Made by a program: the position numbers and the translations under genes
Shown here: positions 49,736 through 57,776 of the stretch, piece by piece
Layout of the letters: each line of letters begins with the position of its first letter
Numbering within the stretch: the stretch's first letter is position 1
NCBI GenBank assembly: GCA_963663805.2
Contig: CAXXMR010000003.1
Location: forward strand, 192,001-256,000
Origin: Sedimentisphaerales bacterium
GTDB taxonomy: Bacteria > Planctomycetota > Phycisphaerae > Sedimentisphaerales > SM23-30
Direction: 5' to 3'
DNA length: 64,000 bases
Notes under the pieces: generated by a model
What the model saw: only the letters and a program-made list of their open reading frames with translations
What the model was told of the DNA's origin: nothing
The model's database searches: none

Positions 49736-49749
49736 TTAGGCTAGCCTTA
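49736..49749. promoter_or_regulatory. Candidate DtxR-family operator at the feoB start
   Basis: TTAGGCTAGCCTTA with perfect core AGGCTAGCCT; similar to 50564-50581. Confidence 0.6.
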
Positions 49750-49766
49750 TTTTGCATTCAAAAAAA

Positions 49767-50534
49767 TTATATTTTTTCCACTTCAATATTATCAGCTTCT
49801 TCTTTACGAATAGAAAGATGATAGCCCTTGACTTTTACTTCAATGGGATCACCCAGCGGTGCCACACGTTCGACCTCAACCACAGAGCCCCTGCTGATGC
49901 CCATTTCAACCAGTCTTTTGGTTACCGAGGCTTTTTTTTTAATCTTCTTAACTATACATTTCTCGCCTTTGGAGATATCGTTCAAGGACGTAAGTTCAGT
50001 GGTTTCAGACATTTTGCTTTTTTCTTTCTCTAAGTTCTCTATTCCCGCACCAAGACAAATCTGGCACTGCTTTATATTGCACGAACCTCTCTTTTCAAAA
50101 TAATCGTGGAACTTTTCAACCATGTCATTGCCGCAGCGGGGGCAGGCCTGAATGAATTCCGTAAAAGCAATTAAGCGTTTTATGAGCTTCTCCGGTATAA
50201 CATGCTCTATCTTGCAGGCTCCGGTTTCGGCTACCTTGGCATCGGCACCAAGTATTTCTACAAAAAAGTCTCTCAGTATTTCATGCTTACGAATGATAGC
50301 CTTGGCCTGCTCCAGACCTTTGGAGGTCAGAGTAATTACCTCGTAAGGCTGATAATTGATATGCTCCGTCCTGGCAAGGGCCTGCAAAGCGGTTGTGACC
50401 GAACCTGCCTTGACCCCAAGGTATTTGGCAATATCTTTGGCGCGAACCCCGCCCTTCTCGGAAATGATATTAAATATCGCTTCCAGATAGTCTTCCAGAC
50501 TCGCACTTAAATGTTCTGCCTGAGCCATTATCAA
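49767..50534 (-). CDS. DtxR/MntR-family metal-dependent repressor with C-terminal FeoA domain
   Basis: EDYLEAI, RKHE.L..FF, ACKIEH; FeoA RLVEMG...APLGDP...LSIR. Confidence 0.92.
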   Translation of the reverse strand: MIMAQAEHLSASLEDYLEAIFNIISEKGGVRAKDIAKYLGVKAGSVTTALQALARTEHINYQPYEVITLTSKGLEQAKAIIRKHEILRDFFVEILGADAKVAETGACKIEHVIPEKLIKRLIAFTEFIQACPRCGNDMVEKFHDYFEKRGSCNIKQCQICLGAGIENLEKEKSKMSETTELTSLNDISKGEKCIVKKIKKKASVTKRLVEMGISRGSVVEVERVAPLGDPIEVKVKGYHLSIRKEEADNIEVEKI

Positions 50535-50558
50535 CCCTTTCTTTCCTAAGGCCCGAAC

Positions 50559-50588
50559 AATATAATAAGGCTGGCCTTATTTTGTCAA
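50559..50588 (-). promoter_or_regulatory. Promoter of the dtxR-feoB operon with palindromic operator in the spacer
   Basis: Minus strand TTGACA - 18 nt - TATATT; 8-2-8 palindrome AATAAGGC-TG-GCCTTATT at 50564-50581. Confidence 0.75.
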
Positions 50589-50884
50589 GAGCAATTTTAT
50601 TTTTTCTATAATAATCAAATATCCCCCCCGCTCTTTTCCTGAAACGCGGTGAGTTACGATTTCAGATTTCGCAATTGCCCAATAACCTAACTAACTGTAA
50701 AATAAAGACTAAGAAAACACATTGTCATAAAAAGAGAAATTGGTGATTGTACTAAATCATGACAGAATTAGTTGCTGACTATTAACCAGCATAGCCACGG
50801 CTCGTTTAATCGCTGAGAATCAGCTTGCAATCAAATGGGGCGGAAATTAACATCACGCTGCTGTATAAAAGAGGTGAAAGTGCC

Positions 50885-51092
50885 ATGCCCCTAAAAAAAA
50901 ACCTGTTATATTTTAGCCTATTCGCCGCAACGGCCATTGCCCACGGTCCGCATGACGATCTTCATCACTGGGAAAAAGCCAGTCCTGATCCTGACCGTAT
51001 TTTTCTGTCCTTCTATGGTGATTCGACTACATCGCGCGCCGTGACCTGGCGCACAGACACCAGTGTTTCGGAAGCTGTCGCCCAGATCGCTC
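50885..51092 (+). pseudogene. N-terminal fragment of a purple-acid-phosphatase-like secreted protein
   Basis: GAGGTG RBS, signal peptide, PDPDRIFL...GD..TSRAVTWRTD..V.....QIA; similarity stops just before the dispersed repeat. Confidence 0.6.
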
Positions 51093-51121
51093 CCCGAAAG
51101 AAACCCCTGTCGAACGGGGAA

Positions 51122-51204
51122 TGCTATTTTCGCTTTCCGTACCATTCTAATTTCGGAAATTCTAAAACGCTTAACAGCCTTGTGTCTGATTCGGGAACCC
51201 GAAG
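51122..51204 (+). repeat. Dispersed non-coding repeat, copy 2 (copy 1 at 6265-6346)
   Basis: 46/56 identity over the core segment. Confidence 0.75.
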
Positions 51205-51483
51205 GGTGTTAAAAAAAACGCGTCATGTATTTCGTAACTTACTGCTCTGTGAATAGTTATGACGGATATTCTTTGTCACGTTTTTTCATTATTTGGCAAT
51301 TTATACCAGCCAAGGTGTTAGTGCCGAAATTTTCATCAGACATTCCATTACGCTGAGTTTTTCGATCCAATTTAACAATCTTTTCGCCAGTAACCACCTG
51401 ATTTTATCGCTAGTTAGCGTCCGATGATTTTATGCCTACTACGACCGCAGTTGACATTTTTTTTAAAAAAATTATAAAAAAAA

Positions 51484-51512
51484 TTGACAGTCTAGTGTCA
51501 TCTTGTTATAAC
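51484..51512 (+). promoter_or_regulatory. gntR promoter with overlapping palindrome
   Basis: TTGACA - 17 nt - TATAAC with TG extension; TGACA-GTCTAG-TGTCA at 51485-51500. Confidence 0.72.
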
Positions 51513-51530
51513 AGGGTAACATTAGGATAG

Positions 51531-52328
51531 GTGTGCAAATTAAATGCGAGTAAAAGAAAAATGGCCAGTACATCATCATCGGCAACATATGGCGAACCAG
51601 TCCTTAAAGAAAAAGTTGCGGAAACCCTCCGAGGTATGATCCGTAGCGGCAAAATAAGAGGTGGGCAGCGAATTGAGCAGGCTGTGATTGCCAAAGAGAT
51701 TAAGGTTTCCATAGCGAAAGTTCGTGAGGCTATAGGTGTAATAGAACGGCAGGGGTATGTAGATTGGGTATCTGGTATGGGAGCGTTTTGTAAGCGGTAT
51801 ACAGTTAGAGATCTGCGTGATTGCATGGAGGTTAGAAAGCCCCTTGAAGTTCTTGCTGTGGGTTTAGCTGCAGAAAACGCCACTTCTGAATTAGTGCGGA
51901 AACTTCAGCTTCTTAATGATCAAATGCACAAGTATCTTCGAGACGAGGGCGGTAATAGTTACACTCAAGAGTTTGAGCCCGAATTAATATCAACTCATAT
52001 TTCTTTTCATCAGGCTATCGTTCAGGCTTCCGGAAATCAATATCTAATCGGTATCCTGAACGATAAACATATCATCGTTGATCTTTTGAACTTAATTGGT
52101 TTTTCCAAGTTATCAAGCCCAATTGTCAAAAAAATAAACGAGAAATTTATGCGGGATTCTGAAACAGACAACAGGCAGTTTGAAGGATGTCGCTCTCGTC
52201 ACGCAGCACTGATTGAAGCAATAGAGTCTGGCAAGACGGCTGCTGAAGGCGTAATGGCGTTACACCTGGATTATGATAAATGGTTTGATCAACTTGAGGA
52301 AATATATGGGGATGAGCCCTTGTATTGA
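51531..52328 (+). CDS. GntR/FCD-family transcriptional regulator
   Basis: I.SG...GG.RI.....A....VS...VREA; FH..IV.ASGN; H..L..AI. Confidence 0.9.
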   Translation: MCKLNASKRKMASTSSSATYGEPVLKEKVAETLRGMIRSGKIRGGQRIEQAVIAKEIKVSIAKVREAIGVIERQGYVDWVSGMGAFCKRYTVRDLRDCMEVRKPLEVLAVGLAAENATSELVRKLQLLNDQMHKYLRDEGGNSYTQEFEPELISTHISFHQAIVQASGNQYLIGILNDKHIIVDLLNLIGFSKLSSPIVKKINEKFMRDSETDNRQFEGCRSRHAALIEAIESGKTAAEGVMALHLDYDKWFDQLEEIYGDEPLY

Positions 52329-52446
52329 CCTGCAACCTATTTTGGCAGTTTACATGAATCACATTATGTGTTTTCGTATTTTGTGTTGTGGTTATTTATC
52401 CGTATTGTGTGGATAAGTTTAATGTTTTTGGATTGGAGGTTCGAGG

Positions 52447-53409
52447 ATGAAGATTGAAAGAGCGTGTGTGTTGGGTATTGTGTTGCTGGCAGGTTTTGTT
52501 TCTGTGGGTATTGCTGATGTGGTGACTGACGGGTTGTATCTTTATACTGATGCTCGCACTCCCGGTCCGATTCCTACGGAAAAATGGGCTCCGGTCAAAG
52601 ATGGAGTCGGTAATGATATTGGTCCCTGGGGTCCGTTATATGGTATCGGTGCGGATGGTGCGTATATTCCGACGTATCAAACTGCTACTCGTACGACAAA
52701 TAATGGTACCGCTTATGTTCCCCATTATGATTTTTCGTTTAGTTCCGGTGTGGGTGGTGGGGTTATAGATTTTGCCAGTGCTTTCAAGCCTGATTATGAC
52801 GAGGACTGGACGGCGGAAATATGGGTTTATGTGGATGCGACTTATGTGGGTGAAAGTCAGCCGTGTTTGTGGAGTAATCAATCTCTTTCGGCAAATGGTA
52901 TGAGAGTAAATCTTGCTAACTGGGATAATAACGGCACAACTATGGTAGCGATGGAAGCCCGTGACAACACTAATCCTGATAAGGTTACCTGGAATAATAC
53001 CGCCAATAACGGTGGTGCGGAATGGGCAACGGGGAAGTGGATGCAGGTTGTGGCGTCGTATGACGGAACCACCGGCCAGCAACCGGTAATGGATCTTTAT
53101 GTTAATGGTCAATTAGCACGTCACTATATTGATACGGAAGCTGTACCGGCTACCGCAAACTTTACCGCAATTGGCAGAAATTCTATCGGAGCTCGCGGCA
53201 GATATGATAATCCTGACGTCTCAGTGAATAGAAACTTTCTTGATGGCGGCATTTCTGTTTTTCGGCTTTATGAAAAGGCTCTTTCGGCAGCGGAAGTCGA
53301 ACAGAATTATAACAGTGATGCATCCTGGATGATCGTTCCTGAGCCGGTCAGTTTGATTTTTGTTAGTTTGGGAGGTGCGTTGATAGCTAGAAGGAAGAGA
53401 AGTAAATAA
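52447..53409 (+). CDS. LamG-like (ConA) domain PEP-CTERM protein
   Basis: PDYDEDWTAEIW, QSLSANGMR, EARDN, RLYEKALS; VPEP-TM-RRKR. Confidence 0.85.
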   Translation: MKIERACVLGIVLLAGFVSVGIADVVTDGLYLYTDARTPGPIPTEKWAPVKDGVGNDIGPWGPLYGIGADGAYIPTYQTATRTTNNGTAYVPHYDFSFSSGVGGGVIDFASAFKPDYDEDWTAEIWVYVDATYVGESQPCLWSNQSLSANGMRVNLANWDNNGTTMVAMEARDNTNPDKVTWNNTANNGGAEWATGKWMQVVASYDGTTGQQPVMDLYVNGQLARHYIDTEAVPATANFTAIGRNSIGARGRYDNPDVSVNRNFLDGGISVFRLYEKALSAAEVEQNYNSDASWMIVPEPVSLIFVSLGGALIARRKRSK

Positions 53410-53421
53410 ATGTGTTGTCAC

Positions 53422-53454
53422 AGTCTCCGCGGCTTTGGTGGCGGAGACTCTTTT
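53422..53454 (+). terminator. Stem-loop with short U-tract after the PEP-CTERM gene
   Basis: AGTCTCCGC...GCGGAGACT-CTTTT. Confidence 0.55.
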
Positions 53455-53480
53455 GTATTACATAGCATGGGAGTATTAAA

Positions 53481-56400
53481 ATGAGAAATTGGAATTGGTT
53501 GTTAATTTTGGTGTTAGCAAATTCAGTTGCTTTTGGTTCAGATTTATGGGTTACGCACTATCCTGATTCTGACAGTACTCAGATTTGGATAGATGCTGCT
53601 GATTTTGGTTCTAAAACGGCAGATTTTCAGGAAGATACTGCCGCGAGCGACACATTAAGCAGACATGCTTATTATTTTCCCAATTATGATGGTCCGTCAA
53701 CATTTCAGCCGTGGTGGGCGGAATACACAATAGCAGCGGTCGATGTGCCGGGTGTTACGTTGGATGGCAAGACCTGGTATTTCTGGGCTCGGGCCTCTCA
53801 GCCGATTTCCGGAGCGGAAGAATCGGATGTGGTATTTGTCAAAGGTGATCCGGGTGATGGCACGGGTGGTAGTTGGTATGACGATGCTTTGGCAACGGTT
53901 GATGTCGCTACGGACAGGATATTGAATGATCTGGCGTCCGTCGGCGGGGTTGGTGCCTGGGTCTGGTGTAGTACGGAGACCGAGTCTGTTGTTTCAAAAG
54001 AGTTCAATCTGGACGAAAATAATGAGATTGTTTTCCGGATTTCAGAGCGAGAAAGCGGTTTGGCAAATGCGCGTATCGATGCAATGATGTGGACAGATGA
54101 TCCGAATTTTGTGCCTGCTGATTCTGATTACCTGGGCACCTCATTATATGGTATCAGGCAGGTATATGATGGTCGTGACGCGGGGGAAATACCCCATATT
54201 TTTTGGACTGCACAAGACGGCTATGGTCAGGATGCCATTATAAATGGTGAAGGTCCTGGTAGTGACAAGCCGATTTACTACCCGGTAGAAGGCGGGGGCG
54301 GATACGATTTTAGCTATACTCTCGATGCTTTGGATCACAACAGTGACAGCGGTTCAATTGTCGATTTGGGCCAAGAGTTTTTGCCGGACTATGATGATGA
54401 TTTCAGTGTTGAGGTATGGTTCCGGGCGGATGGTTGTCCGGCGGGGAATCAGCAGCAGGTGCTCTGGAGCACACAAAGCCTGGCGGGTAACGGTATGCGT
54501 TTGTATATCTATGACTGGAGTGGAGCCAGTGGTAAATTTGGGATAACTTTGGAGGCTCGTGATAATACGGGCAGTAAAGTGCAGTGGGCCACATCTGATG
54601 AAAATGGGGGTGACAAATATGATTATGGCCAATGGATGCAGGTGGTGGCGGTTTACGATGCTGGTGCGGCGGGGTCGGGTATTCCGAATATGAAGATATA
54701 TACCAACGGCGAGCTGAAGCGAGATGTGGATCATACCTCGGCAGTTCCGGCGGATACGGATTTTGTTGATACCGTTCGGGGAGCGTCTTCGGTTCTGGGG
54801 GCGAGAGGTGTTCCTAATGACATTCGATTTGCCGCAAATAATGACCGCGAGTATTTCGATGGCGGTATCGCTCTGGTGCAAATATTTGAAAAAGCCGCAT
54901 CTTCTTCAGAAATATTAGCTTCTTATAATGAGAATAAGTTGTGGATTATTGATGAGGCTCCTTATGATCCCGCGGTTGATTTGCCATTTGATGGTTCTAA
55001 TGGAGTTGAAATACAGTCTGGTCTGATTTTTAAGCTTGACGCAAAAAGTGCCGGCGATCTGCCTCATTTGGCTTGTGTTAATGAGCAAACGGGGTCAACC
55101 GGTGGCGTGGAAAGTATGGGCCCTTCGGCGTCTTTGTATTTGCCAGAGTATTACGAAACTGTAAATGGTGCCGGCTATGAATTAGATTACACAACTGATT
55201 CCGGCGGTTATCTAGATCTTGGTAATGTTCTTCCCGATTACGACGAACCTTTTACTGTTGAAATGTGGGTAAGGCCTGACGGGATGACCTCGGATTGCAT
55301 GCAACAGGCTCTTTTTAGTTCTCAGGGTTTGTCCGCTAATGGCGCGCGTTTGGCTATTGCTGACTGGGACCTTGACGGCAAATATAGCATTGTATACGAG
55401 ATGCGTGACAATGTCGGCTCTAAGGTCAACTGGAATGCCTGGGATGAGAACAAGGACGAGTATAATGTAAGTCAATTTTACGATGTTGGAGAATGGATTC
55501 AGATCGTGGCGGTGTATACCCCGGATGCTACCGGGTTAGGCTGGCCTAATATCAGGATATACACCAACGGTGAGCTCAAACTGAATAAAGATTGTGTCAG
55601 TACTTTGCCAACCGATTATGATTTTGTTGAGTTTGGAGGGCAGGGGCAAATAGGATCGCGTGGCAAACAAAGCGACACAAATACAAGTTCTACGAACAGA
55701 CATTATTTCAATGGCGGCTTTGCCTTGATTCGCATGTATGAAAAAGTTCTAAGTGGTGCTGAGGTCCAGAGCAACTATGATTACAATAAAAATGAAATTA
55801 TTGTTAATCTGCCTTATGATCCCTCCGTTGACCCGGTATATACTCCACCGGTAATATTGCCAAAGGTGAGTTTTTCGCTTGTGCAGGAATATGACGGCAG
55901 GTATCCGGGAGTTTTGAGTGATGTGAACTGGGACCCAACCGTCGAAAGCGTTACCGGTGATATTTATAGTATTGGTCCTCTACCTAGATGGCCTCAGCAT
56001 AGCGTAGATGCTTATTACTTCAGCAACGCGGTTAATGACAGTGTTGAGGATCCCAATAGCTCCGGCGGCGGAATGGAATTGGGTGACGCATTTGTGCCCG
56101 ATTACAACGATGATTTTACCGTTGAGATATGGGTTTCCCCTGATGAAATTCCAGCAGATAATCACCAACAGGTACTTTGGGGTACTCAAGGGCTTTCTGG
56201 CAACGGCATGAGATTGTATGTATATGATTGGAGTGGAACTTGGGAAGATTGGTATGGCGTTGCTTTTGAGGCCAGGGATAACTCTGGTGAAAAGGCCAAA
56301 TATACTGTTTCGGCGTCTTCTGTTACTCAGCAGCATTCCGAGGGCTGGAAGCAGTTTGTCATTGCTTATGATGGAGCAACAAATAAAAAGCCTGTGATGA

Positions 56401-56885
56401 AAATGTTCGTCGATGGACAACCATTCTCGCTGGCAAGCTCGAACGTTAATGATCCATTGCCTTTGGATTTGGATTTCAAAACGGTGAATGCCAGGCAAAT
56501 GCTGGGTGTTCATGGCTTCCCGGAAGAGGCAGTCACTACAGCCAAGGATGTCAGGCAGTATTATCAAGGCGGTATGGCACTGGTAAGAGTTTATGACCGC
56601 AAGCTGGCTGATTCCGAAATTTTGGTGAACTACAACAATGATGCCGGTTGGGTGCAGTCGTTGGCCACATATAATTCCGCAGCGTTCGATTTGGGATTAG
56701 TCCCGGAAATCACTAAGGCGGATATTAATGGCAACCGATATATCGGCTTGGTTGATTATTCGATGCTTGCTTATGACTGGCTGGCTTCGCCGGTAGTAAA
56801 TGAAAATGCGGACATCACAGGTGATGGTAATGTCAATGTTGCTGATTTGGAAAAGCTGGCTGAATATTGGCTGACTGAATTTTAA
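53481..56885 (+). CDS. Secreted protein with three LamG-like repeats and C-terminal dockerin-like domain
   Basis: Three copies of PDY..F.VE.W...Q.L..NG.R...E.RDN; tail ADINGNRYI / ADITGDGNVN..DL..LA..WL. Confidence 0.85.
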   Translation: MRNWNWLLILVLANSVAFGSDLWVTHYPDSDSTQIWIDAADFGSKTADFQEDTAASDTLSRHAYYFPNYDGPSTFQPWWAEYTIAAVDVPGVTLDGKTWYFWARASQPISGAEESDVVFVKGDPGDGTGGSWYDDALATVDVATDRILNDLASVGGVGAWVWCSTETESVVSKEFNLDENNEIVFRISERESGLANARIDAMMWTDDPNFVPADSDYLGTSLYGIRQVYDGRDAGEIPHIFWTAQDGYGQDAIINGEGPGSDKPIYYPVEGGGGYDFSYTLDALDHNSDSGSIVDLGQEFLPDYDDDFSVEVWFRADGCPAGNQQQVLWSTQSLAGNGMRLYIYDWSGASGKFGITLEARDNTGSKVQWATSDENGGDKYDYGQWMQVVAVYDAGAAGSGIPNMKIYTNGELKRDVDHTSAVPADTDFVDTVRGASSVLGARGVPNDIRFAANNDREYFDGGIALVQIFEKAASSSEILASYNENKLWIIDEAPYDPAVDLPFDGSNGVEIQSGLIFKLDAKSAGDLPHLACVNEQTGSTGGVESMGPSASLYLPEYYETVNGAGYELDYTTDSGGYLDLGNVLPDYDEPFTVEMWVRPDGMTSDCMQQALFSSQGLSANGARLAIADWDLDGKYSIVYEMRDNVGSKVNWNAWDENKDEYNVSQFYDVGEWIQIVAVYTPDATGLGWPNIRIYTNGELKLNKDCVSTLPTDYDFVEFGGQGQIGSRGKQSDTNTSSTNRHYFNGGFALIRMYEKVLSGAEVQSNYDYNKNEIIVNLPYDPSVDPVYTPPVILPKVSFSLVQEYDGRYPGVLSDVNWDPTVESVTGDIYSIGPLPRWPQHSVDAYYFSNAVNDSVEDPNSSGGGMELGDAFVPDYNDDFTVEIWVSPDEIPADNHQQVLWGTQGLSGNGMRLYVYDWSGTWEDWYGVAFEARDNSGEKAKYTVSASSVTQQHSEGWKQFVIAYDGATNKKPVMKMFVDGQPFSLASSNVNDPLPLDLDFKTVNARQMLGVHGFPEEAVTTAKDVRQYYQGGMALVRVYDRKLADSEILVNYNNDAGWVQSLATYNSAAFDLGLVPEITKADINGNRYIGLVDYSMLAYDWLASPVVNENADITGDGNVNVADLEKLAEYWLTEF
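54600..54772 (+). repeat. 173-bp near-identical direct repeat (copy at 58298-58470)
   Basis: 172/173 identical; the single mismatch is 54743 vs 58441. Confidence 0.92.
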
Positions 56886-56913
56886 GGTTGAAATTAGTCG
56901 TGATTTACAGAGC

Positions 56914-56944
56914 GGTTCCTGCCCCTGTGATTGGGGCAGGAACC
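56914..56944 (+). other. 12-bp intergenic stem-loop before the prepilin gene
   Basis: GGTTCCTGCCCC-TGTGATT-GGGGCAGGAACC, no U-tract. Confidence 0.65.
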
Positions 56945-56963
56945 TAAGCTTCGGAGAACTGAA

Positions 56964-57776
56964 ATGAAAAGACAAAAAGGCTTTACTTTGGTGGAATTAC
57001 TGGTGGTGGTGGCAATTATTGCACTATTAGTCAGTATATTGTTACCCGCTCTGGGGAAAGCCCGGGCAGCCGCCAAGCAAACTGTTTGTGCTAGTAACTG
57101 CAAGCAGTGGGCTATTGCTCTGCACGTTTTCGGCGTGGATCATGACGATAATTTTCCCCGCAGGGTTGAACCGGACAGCCCGCCATATATGTACGAATTG
57201 ACCAATCCTTATCAATATGCTTACCAAAAGAATGGTGTGACATATTTTGATAATGTAAAGACGTTTATTGAGCCTTACGTTGGCATGCCAAAGTTTGTGT
57301 TATGTCCTGATATGAAATGGAGCAACTATCGTGACCATGATTGGGATTGGCAATGGCAGCATTGGGGGGTTAAGGGTGGCGATTATAGTTTCTTTGTTAC
57401 ATATCCTGATATTCTTATCGAGAAATATCCCAATCATATAGTGGCCAATCATTTCAAGGTTGGCAAGATTTCGGTCCTTAATCCGGAGATTTCGGTAATG
57501 GGCGATCATGTGCGGTATTTTGGTCCGGCCAGCACGAGCGGCAGTGGTTATGCCGGGTGGATGTACGCTCATCCGTGGAAATTTCAGACGGGTTTAGAGC
57601 AGGAGCCCAAGGGGATGAATGCGGCTAAAGTTGATGGAAGTGTTGAATGGGTGAGTACTGAGTATCTGGAGCCGTTTATTGTATATACTGGTGGTCAAGG
57701 TGACGTGATGTATTGGCCTAAAGTTGTGAAAACCAGTAGTGTTTTGCCGATTCCGAGTTTGGGGAGTGGCGGATGA
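56964..57776 (+). CDS. Prepilin-type / H-X9-DG-like protein, glycan cassette
   Basis: Start [14 protein letters not shown]-terminal H...[11 protein letters not shown]. Confidence 0.88.
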   Translation: MKRQKGFTLVELLVVVAIIALLVSILLPALGKARAAAKQTVCASNCKQWAIALHVFGVDHDDNFPRRVEPDSPPYMYELTNPYQYAYQKNGVTYFDNVKTFIEPYVGMPKFVLCPDMKWSNYRDHDWDWQWQHWGVKGGDYSFFVTYPDILIEKYPNHIVANHFKVGKISVLNPEISVMGDHVRYFGPASTSGSGYAGWMYAHPWKFQTGLEQEPKGMNAAKVDGSVEWVSTEYLEPFIVYTGGQGDVMYWPKVVKTSSVLPIPSLGSGG

